Below, piece by piece: positions 20,561 to 32,763 of a stretch of 64,000 nucleotides of DNA. This DNA comes from Alphaproteobacteria bacterium (lineage in GTDB: Bacteria > Pseudomonadota > Alphaproteobacteria > UBA7887). The notes below the pieces were generated by a model. That model saw nothing but the letters and a program-made list of their open reading frames with translations, made no database searches and was not told the origin of the DNA. How positions within the stretch are numbered: the stretch's first letter is position 1; each line of letters starts with the position of its first letter. The DNA lies in assembly GCA_965216755.1 (NCBI GenBank), contig CBDCGL010000011.1, positions 4,064,001 to 4,128,000 of the forward strand, given 5' to 3'. A program made the translations under genes and the position numbers.

Positions 20561-23500
20561 TTGAAAAAACTTCTCTACGGTTTGATTGCTGTCGTCGTTG
20601 TTGCGATCGGTGCCGCCTTGATCGTTCCCGGCTTTATTGATTGGAACAAATACAAGCCGGAGATCATTGCGCAAGTTGCCAAGGCCACCGGGCGGACTTT
20701 GGCCATCGATGGGTCCATCAATCTGGGCGTATTGCCATCGCCGACTTTGTCAGTGCGGGATGTGCGGCTAAGCAATATCGCCGGCGCCAGCAGCGCCGAC
20801 ATGGTGACCTTGAACGCGCTGGATGTGCGCGTTGCGCTGATGCCCTTGTTGACCGGCGAAGTGCAGGTTGAAAGCGTGACCATTGTCCAGCCCGTGATTG
20901 AGTTGGAAAGGCTGCCTGACGGCCGGGTCAACTGGACATTGGCCGCTGAAAGCGGCGCTGATCCGGCGTCGCCGGCGCCGGAAGCACCTGCCGCGTCGGC
21001 TGCGAGCGCAGAGACCGGAGGCATACCAATCGCCCTGGATCGGTTCGAAATTGAAGACGGATTGGTCGTTTACCGCGATGGCGTCGGTGGGGTTGTCGAG
21101 ACTGTATCGGACATTAACGCCGTGGTTTCCGCGTTGTCGTTGCAAGGGCCGTTTAGTATCGATGGTTCCGTCACGGTCCGTGAGTTGCCGCTTCGTCTCA
21201 GCGCGTCCATCGGCGAGCTTCGCGGCGGCCAGGCCGTACCGTTGAAGCTCGATGTCGGTGGCGAAGGGGTCAAGGCGAGTGGCGCCGGCAATCTGCAGAT
21301 GGGCGACGCGCCGACCTTTGTCGGCACGGTGCGTCTTGATGCCGACTCGGTCGGCGCCTTGTTCGCCATGGCCGGTACCGCGACGCAACAGCCGCTCGAA
21401 GCACCATTTCAAGCCCAGGCGCCATTCAGCCTGCGCGCCCAGGTCGACTACGCGCCGACGCTGGCCGCCGCCGAGGATATCGAGCTGCGCATCGGCGACG
21501 CGGTCGCCGGCGGTCGTGTCGGCGTTGGTTTGGACGATGACCGGCGCGTCGATGCGGCATTGACGGTCAATCGCTTGGATCTGGACGCGTTGCTGGTTCC
21601 CGATCCCGGTGCGGCGGAATCCGTGGCGCCAGAGGCGCCATCGCAGACAGTGACGACCGACCCAGACAATCCAGTGATCGACCCGGCCGATCCATCCGGC
21701 GAGGCACCTTTGGTGCCGGTCGATATTCGCGGCAGTATCGATCTCGCCGCCGACGCAATCGTTTATCGTGGTCAGATCATCCGCCAAGCTGTCGTCAACA
21801 TCGGTCTGGTCGGCGGCACGGTCAACGTGCAGCGCATGTCCGCGCTGCTCCCCGGCGGGTCTGACGTGACTGTTTTTGGGACAATCGCCGCCAAAGATGG
21901 CGTGCCCCATTTCACCGGCCAAGTCGACGCCGCGTCCGACAATCTACGCGGTTTGCTCGAATGGGTTGATGTCAATGTGGCGGCGGTGCCCGCGGATCGG
22001 TTACGCAAAATCGATCTGACCGCGCAAATCGATGGATCATCCCGCGCCGGCCAAGTGACCGACCTGGATCTGCAATTTGATGCGACGCGTGTTGTTGGCG
22101 GGATGGCCTATGCCCTACGCGAGCGACCCGGCGTCGGCATGAACCTCCGTATCGATCAACTCAACGCTGATGCCTATTTGCCGCCGATCGCCGCCGCGCC
22201 GCCGACGGATCAAGCGGGCCCACCTGCCGGTGATCAAACCGATGGCGAGGTCGACGATGGTGGCGCTGCCCCGCCGCCGCCGGGGGCAGCGTCACGCAAT
22301 GGCGCACTGGGCGCGTTGGCGGCAGTTGATGCGGACATTGTGATGCGGATCGACCAGCTGACCTATCGCGGCTTACCCATGCGCGATCTGGTCGTCGATG
22401 GTTTGCTCCAAAATGGTGCATTGAATTTGCGCGAAGTTGGCGTGGCCGATATTGCCGGGGCGGGCCTGTCCGTGGCTGGATCGTTGACCGATCTTGCGGC
22501 GACGCCGCATGTCGACGGCACGGTCCGTTTCGCGACTGACGATATCGCTGGATTTGCACGCGCTTTTCCGGAGTTGGGCGCATTGCCGCCGGCACTGACC
22601 GGCGCGGTTGGGCTCGATTTTGCCGCCAAAGGGGGGTTCGACTCGATCGCTGTTGACGGCACCTTGGAAGCGCTGGAGAGCGCCCTCAGCTTGGCCGGCA
22701 CGGTGTCGGACCCCATGGCCACCCGGGGCTTCGATTTGGAAGCGGAGTTCGAAAATCCAAATTTGGCGAGGTTGCTGGCGGCAGTGTCCGATTTTGACGC
22801 CGATGCGGCGCCGCCGGCTTTGGCCGGACCAGTTAACTTAGCGCTCGGCGCGGTTGGTGAGGTTGCCGGTTTTGATCTCAATGCCTCGCTTGGCCTCGCG
22901 GACGCCGACCTTAGCGTCGGCGGGCGCTTCGATGAGATTATGAGCGCGGCTAACTTCGATTTGACGGCCAAGTTAGCGCACCCGAATCTGGCAAACCTGT
23001 TGGCGTCGTTTTCAGCGCTGGCGGCACCCGACGCGGCGGCCGGATTACAGGACCCCATGAACGTCTCGTTGGTCGCAAAAGGGGCGCTGCGTGGCTTCGA
23101 CTTTTCGGCCGATATGGCTTTGGCGGATCTGTCTGGCGACTTCAAGGGGCGCATTGATGGGCTGCCGGAGGCGGCAACATACACGATGGACGCCGAGATC
23201 GATCACCCCCGATTGACCGAATTGCTGGCCAGCTTTGGCGTCGCAGAGAGTGGCGCAGCGTTTCAGGGGCCGCTGCGTGTCACCGGGCGCGTCGACGGCA
23301 ACCCGACACTCACTTCGGTTCCGAATTTGACTGTCGCGCTTGGCCAGTCGTCGATTGTCGGCAGTGCATCATTTGCCACCGATGGCGCGCGCCCCAAATT
23401 CTCGGCCGATTTTATCGCTGGTGAAATCGTCGCCGAGCATTTCATGGCCCCAGCTGCCGCCGGAACCGAAGGGACGTCGACGGCACCGTCGGTCGACACC

Positions 23501-24577
23501 GCGACCGCACCCACGGCCGAGGCTGCGACCGAAACGCAGGAACGGTGGTCACGCGACCCAATCGACTTGGCCGCCATGCGCGCTTATGACGCGGACATAA
23601 AACTTTCCGCGGATGCGCTGTCGGTGTCTGGCTACCGGTTCGAAAACGCCAACTTGGCGCTGACATTGGTCGACGGCCTGCTCGATGTCAGTCGTCTGAC
23701 GGGGCAAGCTTTTGACGGTGATATCGATTTGCGCGCCAAGTTGGATGGCCGCGCTGTGCCTGCCATGTCTTTGGCCTTCGATGTCCAAGGTGCCAATATC
23801 GAAGCTCTGCTCCAACAGGCCGCCCAGGTCGACAATATCACCGGGATCGTCGATCTAAACGCCAATGTCGAAGGCAGCGGCCGCAGCCAATATGAGCTAG
23901 TGTCGTCGTTGACCGGTGGCGGGCGCCTCGGCAACACCGTTCCCGGCATCATTCGCGGTCTTGACCTGCGTGCGTTGTCCGATCAGTTGGACGATCTGGA
24001 CAAAGTCGGCGATTTTCTGAATCTCGCCAAGATCAGTTTCGACGGTGGCGAAACAGCCTACAGTCAGCTCAGCGGCACGTTTGCCATGCAAGATGGCGTG
24101 CTCAATGCGGACGACATGCAGTTGGTGGCCGATGGCGGCAACGGCACCGTTCAAGGATTGGTCAATTTGCCGCGCTGGACGTTAGACCTGGGGGCAATGT
24201 TTCAGTTGCCGGATCATCCTGAGGCACCGCCGATAGGGGTCCAGCTCACGGGGCCGATCAATCAGCCCAATCGCGATGTGAAGACTGCAGAAATGGAGCA
24301 ATATCTTGTTGCCCGGGGCGTCGGCAGCGTGCTGCGCAACCTTGGCGAAGATGAGGACCTTGGCGGTGCCGGCGCATTAATCGAAGAATTAATTGGCGGC
24401 GGCGTTTCGGGTCAGGCGCAACCCGCACCGGTGCCACCGGCCGACAATGCGGCACAGCCGGCCGCGCCGCAGGCCGAGCCGGAGCAACCACCGGAGACGG
24501 CCGAAGCGCCTGCGCCGACGCTACCCGAACCCGAAGAGGCCTTCCGCAGCATCCTCGACAATCTGCTCAGTCAATAA
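20561..24577 (+). CDS. AsmA family protein, long form with internal repeats
   Basis: N-terminal TM, IDWNKYK...ATGRTLAIDG AsmA start; AsmA-like C-terminus. Confidence 0.9.
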   Translation: MKKLLYGLIAVVVVAIGAALIVPGFIDWNKYKPEIIAQVAKATGRTLAIDGSINLGVLPSPTLSVRDVRLSNIAGASSADMVTLNALDVRVALMPLLTGEVQVESVTIVQPVIELERLPDGRVNWTLAAESGADPASPAPEAPAASAASAETGGIPIALDRFEIEDGLVVYRDGVGGVVETVSDINAVVSALSLQGPFSIDGSVTVRELPLRLSASIGELRGGQAVPLKLDVGGEGVKASGAGNLQMGDAPTFVGTVRLDADSVGALFAMAGTATQQPLEAPFQAQAPFSLRAQVDYAPTLAAAEDIELRIGDAVAGGRVGVGLDDDRRVDAALTVNRLDLDALLVPDPGAAESVAPEAPSQTVTTDPDNPVIDPADPSGEAPLVPVDIRGSIDLAADAIVYRGQIIRQAVVNIGLVGGTVNVQRMSALLPGGSDVTVFGTIAAKDGVPHFTGQVDAASDNLRGLLEWVDVNVAAVPADRLRKIDLTAQIDGSSRAGQVTDLDLQFDATRVVGGMAYALRERPGVGMNLRIDQLNADAYLPPIAAAPPTDQAGPPAGDQTDGEVDDGGAAPPPPGAASRNGALGALAAVDADIVMRIDQLTYRGLPMRDLVVDGLLQNGALNLREVGVADIAGAGLSVAGSLTDLAATPHVDGTVRFATDDIAGFARAFPELGALPPALTGAVGLDFAAKGGFDSIAVDGTLEALESALSLAGTVSDPMATRGFDLEAEFENPNLARLLAAVSDFDADAAPPALAGPVNLALGAVGEVAGFDLNASLGLADADLSVGGRFDEIMSAANFDLTAKLAHPNLANLLASFSALAAPDAAAGLQDPMNVSLVAKGALRGFDFSADMALADLSGDFKGRIDGLPEAATYTMDAEIDHPRLTELLASFGVAESGAAFQGPLRVTGRVDGNPTLTSVPNLTVALGQSSIVGSASFATDGARPKFSADFIAGEIVAEHFMAPAAAGTEGTSTAPSVDTATAPTAEAATETQERWSRDPIDLAAMRAYDADIKLSADALSVSGYRFENANLALTLVDGLLDVSRLTGQAFDGDIDLRAKLDGRAVPAMSLAFDVQGANIEALLQQAAQVDNITGIVDLNANVEGSGRSQYELVSSLTGGGRLGNTVPGIIRGLDLRALSDQLDDLDKVGDFLNLAKISFDGGETAYSQLSGTFAMQDGVLNADDMQLVADGGNGTVQGLVNLPRWTLDLGAMFQLPDHPEAPPIGVQLTGPINQPNRDVKTAEMEQYLVARGVGSVLRNLGEDEDLGGAGALIEELIGGGVSGQAQPAPVPPADNAAQPAAPQAEPEQPPETAEAPAPTLPEPEEAFRSILDNLLSQ

Positions 24578-24950
24578 AGCTATTTGACATCGGCGGCGTC
24601 GCCGGTGGATCCGGCGTCGTCGCCGTCGGCGTGTTGACGTTTTCCAAAAGGCGATCCAAGACCCACAGTCTGATCGCGCTCGACAAATTGCCGGTACGAT
24701 CGTGGTCGATCGTCGCCAGGACTTGCGTGGTGCGCAGGCCATTTGTCTTGCACAGCGCGCGAAACGCGTCCCAAAACGCTGGCTCAAGCGAAATGCTGGT
24801 CCTATGACCTTGAATCGACACGGATATTTTTGATACCGAGCGCCGTGCCGCGGTGCTGGCCGGGCGCGTTTGGGGCGCTGGACTGGGGGCCGGGTCGCTC
24901 GCGTCGCGGCCGGCAATCGCAGTCCAATCGTGTCCCTGTGATCCGCTCAA
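24567..24950 (-). CDS. Ribbon-helix-helix domain protein
   Basis: SVSIQGHRTSISLEPAFW...NLSSAIRLWVL; AGGAG RBS before a TTG start. Confidence 0.85.
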   Translation of the reverse strand: MSGSQGHDWTAIAGRDASDPAPSPAPQTRPASTAARRSVSKISVSIQGHRTSISLEPAFWDAFRALCKTNGLRTTQVLATIDHDRTGNLSSAIRLWVLDRLLENVNTPTATTPDPPATPPMSNSFID

Positions 24951-25357
24951 AACTGGCCCTCCTTAACTGGTCAAATGACCCTAAACGCCACGTACCCGCA
25001 ACAAGACTGAGCACCCGACATTGGTCTGAACCTGGTCGCTTGGAATCGGGGTCCAAATACCAAAGGCCATTGAGCAAACATTGGTGCCCATCGTGGCTCT
25101 GTCAAACGCCATGCCGTCCGAGATCAAAGAGAACTCCCGGCAACGGGAGCGGGCGGTCGCCGGCCACGGCTCGTGCGTGCACGGGCTAAGTCATAGTCCA
25201 ACCTGTGCCAAATCACTGTGACAGGGATCAGTAAATCGCATGGAAATCGTAGTGGCCGAGACCTGCCGGACGGTGTCGCCGAGGTTACGAGAGGATTGAA
25301 ACATTTGCACAAAATTGTATAGACCATGTTATGGTGCGCGCCGTTTGAGGAGGGTGG

Positions 25358-25651
25358 ATGACCCAATTGCGAACATTGTTTCTGGGCGTGTCGGTTTTGG
25401 TGGCGCTGTCCGCCCCGGCGTGGGCACAGTGTGGGCCGGCCCCGGCGGTGCCGGACGTCCCACCCGGTGGAACCGCGCAAATCGAGGACATGAAAGAGGC
25501 AGCAAAGGCGATCGAAGAATACGCCGAGAAGATGAACGCCTACGCCGATTGCTTGATTGCCGCGGCACAGGACGCGATCGACACACGCAACGCTGTGGTT
25601 GAGCAGTGGAATACGCAGACAGAAGAGTTCAACGCCCGTTTGGCCGAGTGA
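25358..25651 (+). CDS. Small secreted hypothetical protein
   Basis: Signal peptide ending AWA, two Cys, helical body; GAGGAG RBS. Confidence 0.75.
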   Translation: MTQLRTLFLGVSVLVALSAPAWAQCGPAPAVPDVPPGGTAQIEDMKEAAKAIEEYAEKMNAYADCLIAAAQDAIDTRNAVVEQWNTQTEEFNARLAE

Positions 25652-25669
25652 ACGAACCGGCGCGTCGCA

Positions 25670-27280
<1,611 letters not shown>

Positions 27281-27319
27281 TGGCGATGCCGCCTCTCCGC
27301 GATTCCCTGGCCCACTGCT

Positions 27320-27811
27320 CTAGCGTCGGCGAAACGTGTCTAGGGTCACGACGTTTGAATCCCGTGCGGCGTCGGTTTGCCCGGTCGAGCCTGACGGCGA
27401 CAATTCCGGCCCGGCTGCGTCGACGTCGATACGCCGCATCGCATCGCCGCCGCTGGCACGTGTTTGAAACTGCAGCCCGAAGTTGATTCCCGGATCGACA
27501 AAGGCGGTGAGGGCCTCGTAGGGGATGACAATGTGCGCGGGCACCTTCTTAAAACTCAGCATGACCGAAAAATGGCCCGGCTCGACTTTGAGATCCCAAA
27601 ACTGGTGTTGCAAGACGATCGTCATCTCTTCCGGATATTGCTCGCGTACCGAATCCGGCAGCGACACACCCGGATGGTCGGTTTTGAAAGAGACGTAAAA
27701 GTGATGCGGCGGCAACAAGCCTTTGTTTTGCACCTTAAGTAAGGCTTCGCGGACAACACTACGAAGCGCCGATTGAAGCAGTTGTTCGTATCCGATTTGG
27801 TCTGTGGCCAT
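27320..27811 (-). CDS. sspB: ClpXP adaptor SspB (alphaproteobacterial type)
   Basis: YPEEMTIVLQHQFWDL; C-terminal VVTLDTFRRR ClpX-docking tail. Confidence 0.93.
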   Translation of the reverse strand: MATDQIGYEQLLQSALRSVVREALLKVQNKGLLPPHHFYVSFKTDHPGVSLPDSVREQYPEEMTIVLQHQFWDLKVEPGHFSVMLSFKKVPAHIVIPYEALTAFVDPGINFGLQFQTRASGGDAMRRIDVDAAGPELSPSGSTGQTDAARDSNVVTLDTFRRR

Positions 27812-27864
27812 GATCGCGGCGCTCGCGCCCTGGATAAGTGAAGCCGATCGACGTGGGACGAGTC

Positions 27865-28157
27865 GGTGGGGGGCTTCTGTTGCCCGGTGCCCCCCGAAAC
27901 CGCGCTTACCTAACAAAGTTAAGCAGCAAGAGCCAATTCGTTATCATTGGCAGTTCTAAAAGCGACCCGATAACGGTGGTATCATGCCGAACGAAAACTG
28001 CACCTTTATCACGCATGTCGATCCTATTTCGCCCCCTTAAGTCTGACCTCGACCGGATCGTCGCAGCCGGCAATTTTGGTGGAGGCGCCGGGTACCGCCC
28101 CCGGGTCCATAACGCTTATTCCGCGCAGCGTTTATCGCCATAGTCGGTTGCCCGACA
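27865..28157 (-). ncRNA. ssrA: Two-piece (circularly permuted) tmRNA; tag (A)ANDNELALAA
   Basis: Acceptor piece ends CGCCTCCACCA at 28077; intervening segment 28037-28076; coding piece starts GGGGGCG at 28036 with G3-U wobble; tag frame 27951-27919; outer ends approximate. Confidence 0.95.
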
Positions 28158-28348
28158 TTCTCAATATAGGCGCCAAGACCGGGTGGTGAAAGTGCCGACG
28201 GATGGGGCCCGCGCACAGCGCTCAATGAAGACCGCCAAAATCAATCTAAAATATTGAAACTTATTGGTTCATACACGATTTGCGGGCATGGTGATGGTGA
28301 CCCCATTGGGCCTGGTTTGCGGCACCCGGTCGCGATATTCTAGCCCCC

Positions 28349-29308
28349 ATGCCCAACTCACGATCAAATTCGGATCGCCTGGCGCCGGCGCAGCAGGCGG
28401 AAATTGCCGACCAGCGTGCGCAGAGTCATCGGACCCGGCGCGTCACCGTGCCTGCTTTGGAAGAGGTTCTTTATGAGCCGTTGCCGGTACTCGACCACGG
28501 ATTTGTTCGTGTGGTCGATTATATGGGCGATGACGGATCGATCGTGCAGGCGGCGCGGGTCTCCTATGGCCGAGGAACGCGCGCAGTGCGTGATGATCGG
28601 GGTCTGATCAATTACTTGATGCGCCACCGGCACACGACGCCGTTTGAGATGTGTGAGATCAAGTACCACGTCAAACTCCCGATCTTTGTCGCGCGCCAGT
28701 GGATTCGCCACCGCACGGCCAACGTCAACGAATATTCGGCACGCTATTCGGTGCTCGACAAGGAGTTCTATGTACCGGCCCCGGCGCATCTTGCGGCGCA
28801 ATCGCAAACCAACCGACAGGGTCGTGGGGATGTCTTGGAAGGCGCCGAGGCGGAACGTGTGCTGACCTTGCTGACCAGCGACGCCGAGCGGGCCCACGAC
28901 CACTATGTGGAAATGCTGAACGCGGATGATTCTGGCACCCAGTTGGATCCGCAGCGTCGCGGTTTGGCGCGTGAGTTGGCGCGGATGAACCTATCGCTCA
29001 ATTTCTACACGCAGTGGTATTGGAAAATCGATTTGCTCAACCTGTTGCATTTTTTGAGCTTGCGCGCGGACAGCCATGCCCAATACGAGATCCGTGCTTA
29101 TGCCGAAGTGATGCTGGACACGGTCAAACGTTGGGTTCCAGCCGGACACGCCGCGTTTGTCGAGTATCGAGCCAATTCTGCCAACCTGTCGGCGACGGCC
29201 ATCAAGGTTGTGCGACGCATGCTGGACGGCGACGTGGTCCGCCAAGCGGACAGCGGCTTGAGTCCCCGCGAATGGCGCGAGCTCATGGCCGTGTTGGGTC
29301 GGTCGTAA
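28349..29308 (+). CDS. thyX: FAD-dependent thymidylate synthase
   Basis: RHRHTTPFE and [18 protein letters not shown] signature. Confidence 0.97.
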   Translation: MPNSRSNSDRLAPAQQAEIADQRAQSHRTRRVTVPALEEVLYEPLPVLDHGFVRVVDYMGDDGSIVQAARVSYGRGTRAVRDDRGLINYLMRHRHTTPFEMCEIKYHVKLPIFVARQWIRHRTANVNEYSARYSVLDKEFYVPAPAHLAAQSQTNRQGRGDVLEGAEAERVLTLLTSDAERAHDHYVEMLNADDSGTQLDPQRRGLARELARMNLSLNFYTQWYWKIDLLNLLHFLSLRADSHAQYEIRAYAEVMLDTVKRWVPAGHAAFVEYRANSANLSATAIKVVRRMLDGDVVRQADSGLSPREWRELMAVLGRS

Positions 29309-29453
29309 TTGCCGGGGGATGCGGATTTTTTGCCGGCTTATCTGATAAATCGTGGTTTTTCAATAATTTAATAGACGAAAAGGTTGGTACGTCTCTTGCT
29401 TGTCAGGAAGTGCGGCGCTGTCGCCGCATGCCATCATTGTCGGGGACGCATTT

Positions 29454-29651
29454 ATGATTACGCTTCAAGACCTCAAACTGATGCCGCGCCGCACATTGTC
29501 GGAGTTGTTGGGCCCGATGTTCAGTTTTACTTTGTCGAACGGACCGGTTCAGGAACGGGAAATGGTTGTCGACGCCATTTGCGACACACTGCTGAAGGAC
29601 TCCGGTGGTGCGCGGGCGCCAACCCCCAAAGGCACAAAGAAAGACAAATAG
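29454..29651 (+). CDS. Small hypothetical protein
   Basis: GGGGA RBS-like sequence; protein-like composition; no motif recognised. Confidence 0.5.
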   Translation: MITLQDLKLMPRRTLSELLGPMFSFTLSNGPVQEREMVVDAICDTLLKDSGGARAPTPKGTKKDK

Positions 29652-29930
29652 GTCGGTCGGCTCGAGGCGGGAACTTGGTGGGACCAAGTCGGTGCGACCG
29701 TTAACGCGGCGCGCCGGTTGGTTTCACAATACGGCGATCACGCCAGGCGCAGTCCGCGAACGCGGTTGCATCCGCGCCAGCTTGTCCACACATTGGGAAA
29801 TTGACTTGTTGCCGAGTGCATTGCGCGCGCGTTCGGGCGGGCGCGGCCGCCGTCTTGATTGTCCACGGGGTGGCACCTACGGCGACAGGTTCAAGAAAAG
29901 ATGGGCAATTTGAGGACGAGGTGCCGTGAG

Positions 29931-30200
29931 ATGAACTTAAAGACTGTATCCCGATTGGGCTTGGTGGTGCCGTTGGTCACCTTATTTGCGGGGGCGGGTG
30001 CGGCCATGCCCCTGGAACAGAATTACTACTCCGCACCTGGCGTTACCGCCGACGGACGCCTGGATATTCAAGAGATCCTGGACAATGCGACGGAAATGGA
30101 AATGCGCCTAAGCCAGCAGCTTTTGGTGCTGCAGGATCAGATCGACAGATTGGTCGACGAGGTCGACGCCATCAAGGCAACGCTGGCTGAGCGACAATAG
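29931..30200 (+). CDS. Small exported coiled-coil hypothetical protein
   Basis: Signal peptide; heptad C-terminus LQDQIDRLVDEVDAIKATL; GAGG RBS. Confidence 0.65.
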   Translation: MNLKTVSRLGLVVPLVTLFAGAGAAMPLEQNYYSAPGVTADGRLDIQEILDNATEMEMRLSQQLLVLQDQIDRLVDEVDAIKATLAERQ

Positions 30201-30223
30201 ACGGGCCGAGGCTGCCGTCGCGG

Positions 30224-31351
30224 CTATTCAACGACGATCTTTGGCGGCGGCCGCGTGCCGCCGCCGATTTTTTTTGCCACGGTCGCGGCAATCTCGTGAA
30301 AGGCCTTGGCCTCTGCACTTTCAGGTGCCGAAACCACGATGGGTCGGCCGCCGTCCGACGCCTCCCGGATGTCGATATGCAGGGGCACTTCGCCAAGGAA
30401 ATCGACACCGAGTTTCATCGCGGTATCACGGGCTCCACCGTGGCCAAAAATATCCGAACGACCGGCGCAGTGGGGGCAAACGAAGTAGCTCATATTCTCG
30501 ATGATGCCGAGCACCGGCACGTCGACACGGCGAAACATGTTCAGACCCTTGCGCGCATCCAACAGGGCAATGTCCTGTGGTGTCGACACGATCACCGCGC
30601 CGGCCAGAGGCACGCGCTGTGCCATGGTCAACTGCGCGTCGCCGGTGCCCGGCGGCATGTCGACCACCAAGATATCCAAGGCCCCCCAACGCACATCGCG
30701 CATCATCTGTTCCAGCGCGCCTTGAACCATAGGTCCGCGCCAGATCATCGGGGTTTCTTCATCGATCAGGAAACCCATCGACATGCACTTGATGCCGTAG
30801 CCTTCCATTGGTTCAACAATTTTGCCGTCGGCCGAATGTGGTCGGCCGCCGATGCCCATCATGCGCGGCAAGGACGGCCCATAAATGTCTGCGTCCAAGA
30901 GGCCCACTGCGGCGCCGTTGGCGGCCAGCCCCAGCGCCAGGTTGACCGCCACTGTCGATTTGCCGACGCCGCCCTTGCCACTGGCAACGGCAATAATCGC
31001 GCCGACATCGGGCAGAATTGGCCGTTCATGGTGGCCCGTGTCTCCATGCTCAGCATGGCTATGCCCCGCATGGCCCGCGTCGGCATGTGCGTCGCCGGCG
31101 GTTCGCTCCGCGGTCAGCACGGCCGTCACGGATGTCACCCCACGCAGCTCAAACACGGCTCGTTCGCAAGCTTGGCGAAGGGGTTCCATTTTTTCGGCCA
31201 AGGCCGGTTCGATTTCGATTGCAAATCCGACGTTGCCATCCTTGATGACAATTTCCGAAATCATGCCGAGGGTGACCACGTCATGGTTCCGGGTGGGGTC
31301 CTTGACTTCGCTGAGCGCATCGAGGACTTGATTTTCGGTGATTCCTGCCAT
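30224..31351 (-). CDS. apbC: Mrp/ApbC iron-sulfur cluster carrier ATPase
   Basis: N-terminal DUF59-like domain; SGKGGVGKST, DADIYGPS and ENMSYFVCPHC motifs. Confidence 0.95.
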   Translation of the reverse strand: MAGITENQVLDALSEVKDPTRNHDVVTLGMISEIVIKDGNVGFAIEIEPALAEKMEPLRQACERAVFELRGVTSVTAVLTAERTAGDAHADAGHAGHSHAEHGDTGHHERPILPDVGAIIAVASGKGGVGKSTVAVNLALGLAANGAAVGLLDADIYGPSLPRMMGIGGRPHSADGKIVEPMEGYGIKCMSMGFLIDEETPMIWRGPMVQGALEQMMRDVRWGALDILVVDMPPGTGDAQLTMAQRVPLAGAVIVSTPQDIALLDARKGLNMFRRVDVPVLGIIENMSYFVCPHCAGRSDIFGHGGARDTAMKLGVDFLGEVPLHIDIREASDGGRPIVVSAPESAEAKAFHEIAATVAKKIGGGTRPPPKIVVE

Positions 31352-31352
31352 G

Positions 31353-31380
31353 CTTGAATCCAACCGCCTTGTGCCAATAT
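31353..31380 (+). promoter_or_regulatory. Possible RpoH promoter for hflKC
   Basis: CTTGAA-N15-CCAATAT about 250 bp upstream of hflK. Confidence 0.4.
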
Positions 31381-31632
31381 CGTGCCGTAACGACGCAGCC
31401 TGTGGAGGCGGTCGACAACGGGGTGGTCGGTGGTATAGGACATGCGTCGATGTTGGGCAAACGGATGACTGCCCGACGGCACTTTACGGGTCGTCGTTTC
31501 GAAAGGCCACAATTTGAGACAAGCGCCATGGGTCGGGCGGCGTCGGGTGCTGCGTCCGACGGCGCATGTCCCGGCCGGATTGGCGGCGTTTCTGGGGTCA
31601 TGTGACCACAACCAGTTGGAGGTAACGAAGTC

Positions 31633-32763
31633 ATGCCTTGGAGCAATCAGGGCGGCGGACCATGGGGGCCACGCGGTGGCAGCAATGGCCCGTGGGGACG
31701 AGGACCGAGCGGTGGCGGGTCACAGGGACCGGATCTTGAGGACATCCTGCGCCGCGGCCAAGATCGGATGCGCACAATTCTGCCCGGCAATATGGGGGGG
31801 CGTCGGTTGTTCTTGGCGATCTTGGCGATTGTGGCGATCTGGCTGTCCAGCGGGTTCTATACGGTCGCGGCCAACGAGCAAGGCGTCGTGTTGCGATTCG
31901 GCGAATATGTCAAGACCACCCAGCCTGGCCTCAATTATCATTTGCCGTGGCCGATAGAGCGCAACGAGAACGTGTTGGTCGAAGCGATTCGTCGCGTCGA
32001 AATTGGCTTTCGCAGCGGCGGCCAGGGCTCAGGGCGTGCCGTTCAAAATATCGATAACGAAAGTTTGATGCTGACCGGCGACGAAAACATCATCGATATC
32101 AACTTTGTCGCGCAGTGGAACGTGAAAGATGCGGCGGCCTACGCGTTCAATGTGCGGAATCCCGAGCAAACGGTCATGGATGCCGCGATGAGCGCGATGC
32201 GCGAAGTGATCGGTCATACACGCATTGCCGAAGCTCTTGCCGAAGGCCGCCGAGAGGTGGCCAGTCAAACCGAAGAGCTGTTGCAGGCTGTATTGGACGA
32301 ATACAGTACCGGCATACACATTACCCAAGTCAATCTACAACGCGCCGATCCACCACAGGCGGTGATCGATGACTACCGCGACGTACAGCGCGCGCGCGCG
32401 GATATGGAGCGCCTGATCAACGAAGCAAAGGCGTATCAAAATCGGGTCGTTCCCGAGGCCAACGGTCGAGCCGCCCAACTTCGACAAGAGGCTCAAGCCT
32501 ATAAAGAACAAGTGGTCGCGCGCGCCGATGGTGCTGCGCAACGTTTCGATTCCGTCTATGCGCAATATCGCAATGCCAAGGATGTAACCCGGCAACGCAT
32601 CTATTTGGAAACGATGGAAGGCGTGTTCCGAGACATGGAAAAGGTGATCATCGATTCGAGCGACGGCTCTTCGGGTGTGGTGCCCTATCTGCCCTTGCCC
32701 GAGCTTCAGAAGCGTGTTCGGCAATCGTCACAGAGCCAGGGTGCTGAGGCGGGTGTCCAATGA
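31633..32763 (+). CDS. hflK: FtsH modulator HflK
   Basis: MPWSNQGGGPWG N-terminus; SPFH domain; MLTGDENII motif. Confidence 0.96.
   Translation: MPWSNQGGGPWGPRGGSNGPWGRGPSGGGSQGPDLEDILRRGQDRMRTILPGNMGGRRLFLAILAIVAIWLSSGFYTVAANEQGVVLRFGEYVKTTQPGLNYHLPWPIERNENVLVEAIRRVEIGFRSGGQGSGRAVQNIDNESLMLTGDENIIDINFVAQWNVKDAAAYAFNVRNPEQTVMDAAMSAMREVIGHTRIAEALAEGRREVASQTEELLQAVLDEYSTGIHITQVNLQRADPPQAVIDDYRDVQRARADMERLINEAKAYQNRVVPEANGRAAQLRQEAQAYKEQVVARADGAAQRFDSVYAQYRNAKDVTRQRIYLETMEGVFRDMEKVIIDSSDGSSGVVPYLPLPELQKRVRQSSQSQGAEAGVQ

Noticed and set aside
20768-23184. Long minus-strand ORFs (384 aa, 273 aa) and similar ones opposite mrp, ilvB, leuA and rodA
   Set aside because: Shadow ORFs of high-GC genes with no protein-like motifs
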